Assembly (NCBI GenBank): GCA_964106645.2
Contig: OZ078259.1
Reading direction: 5' to 3' (one strand)
Source of the DNA: Podarcis pityusensis
Lineage: Eukaryota
DNA: 64,000 bases
Shown here: one piece after another, positions 61,953 to 64,000 of the stretch
How positions within the stretch are numbered: position 1 is the stretch's first letter
Layout: every line of letters starts with the position of its first letter
The notes under the pieces: generated by a model
Seen by the model: only the letters and a program-made list of their open reading frames with translations
Told to the model about the DNA's origin: nothing
Databases searched by the model: none
Translations under genes and position numbers: made by a program

Positions 61953-62194
61953 CCGTGGTACCTCAGGTTACATACGCTTCAGGTTACATATGCTTCAGGT
62001 TACAGACTCCGCTAACCCAGAAATATTACCTCGGGTTAAGAACTTTGCTTCAGGATGAGAACAGAAATCGTGTGGCGGCGGCGCGGCGGCAGTGGGAGGC
62101 CCCTTTAGCTAAAGTAGTGCTTCAGGTTAAGAACAGTTTCAGGTTAAGTATGGACCTCCGGAACGAATTAAGTACTTAACCCAAGGTACCACTG
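61953..62194. mobile_element. Tc1/mariner MITE family A
   Basis: TIRs CCGTGGTACCT / AGGTACCACTG, TA TSD; ends 48 nt upstream of UBAC1 exon 9. Confidence 0.9.
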
Positions 62195-62242
62195 TAAAAG
62201 GATTTGCTGCCTTAACGTATTTCCTTCTGACTTGCTCTGCAG

Positions 62243-62381
62243 TGTGAGTGGCTGTTGGGAGACCGGAAGCCCACCCCAGAAGACTTAGACAAGGGGATAG
62301 ATCCTGCCAGCCCCCTCTTCCAAGCCATCCTAGAAAACCCAGTGGTACAGTTGGGACTCACGAATCCTAAAACGCTACTCG
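62243..62381 (+). CDS. UBAC1: UBAC1 exon 9
   Basis: ctgcag|TGT...CTCG|gtcagt; [46 protein letters not shown]. Confidence 0.96.
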
Positions 62382-62436
62382 GTCAGTACTCTCGTGCCAT
62401 GGGAAATCTGTGTGGGCTGAATTAGTATAACTCTTT

Positions 62437-62783
62437 GTAAAGGGACCCCTGACCATTAGATCCAGTCGTGGCCGACTCTGGGGTTGTGGCGCTCATCTCG
62501 CTTTATTGGCCGAGGGAGCCGGCGTACAGCTTCCGGGTCATGTGTCCAGCATGACTAAGACGCTTCTGGCAAAGCAGAGCAGCACACGGAAACGCTGTTT
62601 ACCTTCCCGTTGGAGTGGTACCTATTTATCTACTTGCACTTTGATGTGCTTTCAAACTGCTAGGTTGGCAGGAACAGGGACCGAGCAACAGGAGCTCACC
62701 CCGTCTTGGGGATTCGAACTGCCGACCTTCTGATCGGCAAGTCCTAGGCTCTGTGGTTTAACACACAGCGCTACCTGCGTCCC
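62437..62783 (-). mobile_element. Sauria SINE
   Basis: Reverse complement of the 43812-44160 copy. Confidence 0.9.
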
Positions 62784-63093
62784 TTTGTGTTAAGCAACCC
62801 CAAATCCTGCAGTATCCCAGGAGGCTTACAAAAAATGGTATTGCGTTTCAGATAAGAACCTAAAGACGGCAACAAAATGGAATCTGCAGCAATTAAACTA
62901 CAAAAGTAGTTCAGCCTATTGGACCAGTTTCTTTTTGTAAGGGAATTTTCAGTCTCTCCAGTTGATGCTTGTTTTGGGCTGCTTAACTGGACTCAGAGTC
63001 CAGGTTGGAAACTGAGATGGGGAAATGCATAAAATGTTGTAGTTTATCTTGTATCTTATAAATTGAACATCCCCACCCTCCTTTCTTTGGCAG

Positions 63094-63209
63094 CCTTTGA
63101 AGACATGCTTGAAAACCCTTTAAACAGCACTCAGTGGATGAACGATCCAGAAACAGGGCCAGTCATGTTACAGATTTCCCGAATCTTCCAGACCCTGAAT
63201 CGCACATAG
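63094..63209 (+). CDS. UBAC1: UBAC1 last coding exon (STI1 domain end)
   Basis: tggcag|CC; [38 protein letters not shown]; total CDS 1233 nt = 410 aa + stop. Confidence 0.97.
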
Positions 63210-63920
63210 GAGGAAGAGGAGGAGGAAGAAGAACAAGATGAAGAACAAGACGAAGGGGGGAGGAGTAAACCTCCTTGCTTGTATGGTCATTTTGGACTCT
63301 TTTTGGCCCCGAGTCTCCAGAAGAACAAAAAGGGCAAATTGTTTACCAGGAGAGAGCAGAAGTAGTGTGTTGGGTGTTCACTCTTTGCATTTTGGGGTTG
63401 CTGTGTCACCCACTTTTTTGTTTGCAGTTCTGGCTTACATACTGTGTGATTATTATTATTATTCCACACACACACACCCCGTGTTAGTGGAAGATGGTTT
63501 GAAGACTTAGGTGTTTGTTTTCTTTCAAGTGTTTCTATAGAAACAGGAAATTATACATCTAAATACATGAAAAGGTGTTCACAGTTATCTCAGAATGTGT
63601 TTATTGAAGAAATGAAAAGATAATTCATGTTTTTAATGTTCAGACTGAGTGCAGAGGCCTCTTCCTGACTGGCCCCACAGTGTCAGCTCCAGAATGTTTG
63701 TTTCTCCTCATACAGTTACCTCTGCACTGAGATAACGAACGCCATTCTGGCATTCTGTTTTTTGTCATTGTGGAATAGAGAGACCCTGGAAGTAACCTTC
63801 CTCACCCCATCTGAAGGAGCTGGCATTAAGAACATAAGAATTGGTCACCTCCAGCTTTTTCTTTCTGTCTGAAGCCCTTCTGAGGCCGGGCCTGGTTTTG
63901 GTCAGGGTTCCTTCGCAGAG

Positions 63921-63926
63921 AATAAA
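63921..63926 (+). terminator. Candidate UBAC1 polyadenylation signal
   Basis: AATAAA ~710 nt after the stop, followed by GT-rich sequence. Confidence 0.45.
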
Positions 63927-64000
63927 ACACATCTTGCATGTGGCTGTCTGTGCTAGTTGTTTCTTGAGGGCAGCATGACCGGGTGGGGGTGAGACCAAGT

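Noticed and set aside
1-64000. CRISPR arrays, rRNA, bona fide tRNA genes, prokaryote-type systems
   Set aside because: The DNA is intron-containing vertebrate sequence; tRNA-like A/B boxes belong to SINE heads and no repeat-spacer array was seen.

Overview
Vertebrate genomic DNA, almost certainly a squamate. Sauria SINEs, BovB, CR1, L2 and Penelope repeats suggest a lacertid-type lizard (inference). Two protein-coding genes lie in tandem on the + strand. NACC2 (BTB/POZ + BEN domain repressor) has 5 coding exons at 23521-31419 (574 aa), a probable ~5.7 kb 3'UTR, and most of 1-23466 is presumably its large 5' intron. UBAC1/KPC2 (UBL-UBA-UBA-STI1) has 10 coding exons at 51630-63209 (410 aa). All junctions are GT-AG and the frames join cleanly. 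The rest is a transposon-rich background with several nested insertions. The best finding is a ~720 bp bipartite non-autonomous RTE derivative (10090-10808, minus strand) whose 5' end can be folded by eye into an HDV-like ribozyme with an atypical hairpin inserted in L3; a decayed near-full-length RTE partner lies about 3 kb away. Other findings: a Penelope remnant with a degenerate minimal hammerhead and a 68-bp inverted repeat beside the UBAC1 promoter; an orphan CpG-island promoter with an RFX X-box between the genes; a uORF with tandem acceptors and clustered miR-132/212 sites in NACC2; and inverted MITEs flanking an in-frame UBAC1 exon 5-8 block. Repeat family names come from recognition, not database searches, and repeat boundaries without TSDs are approximate.
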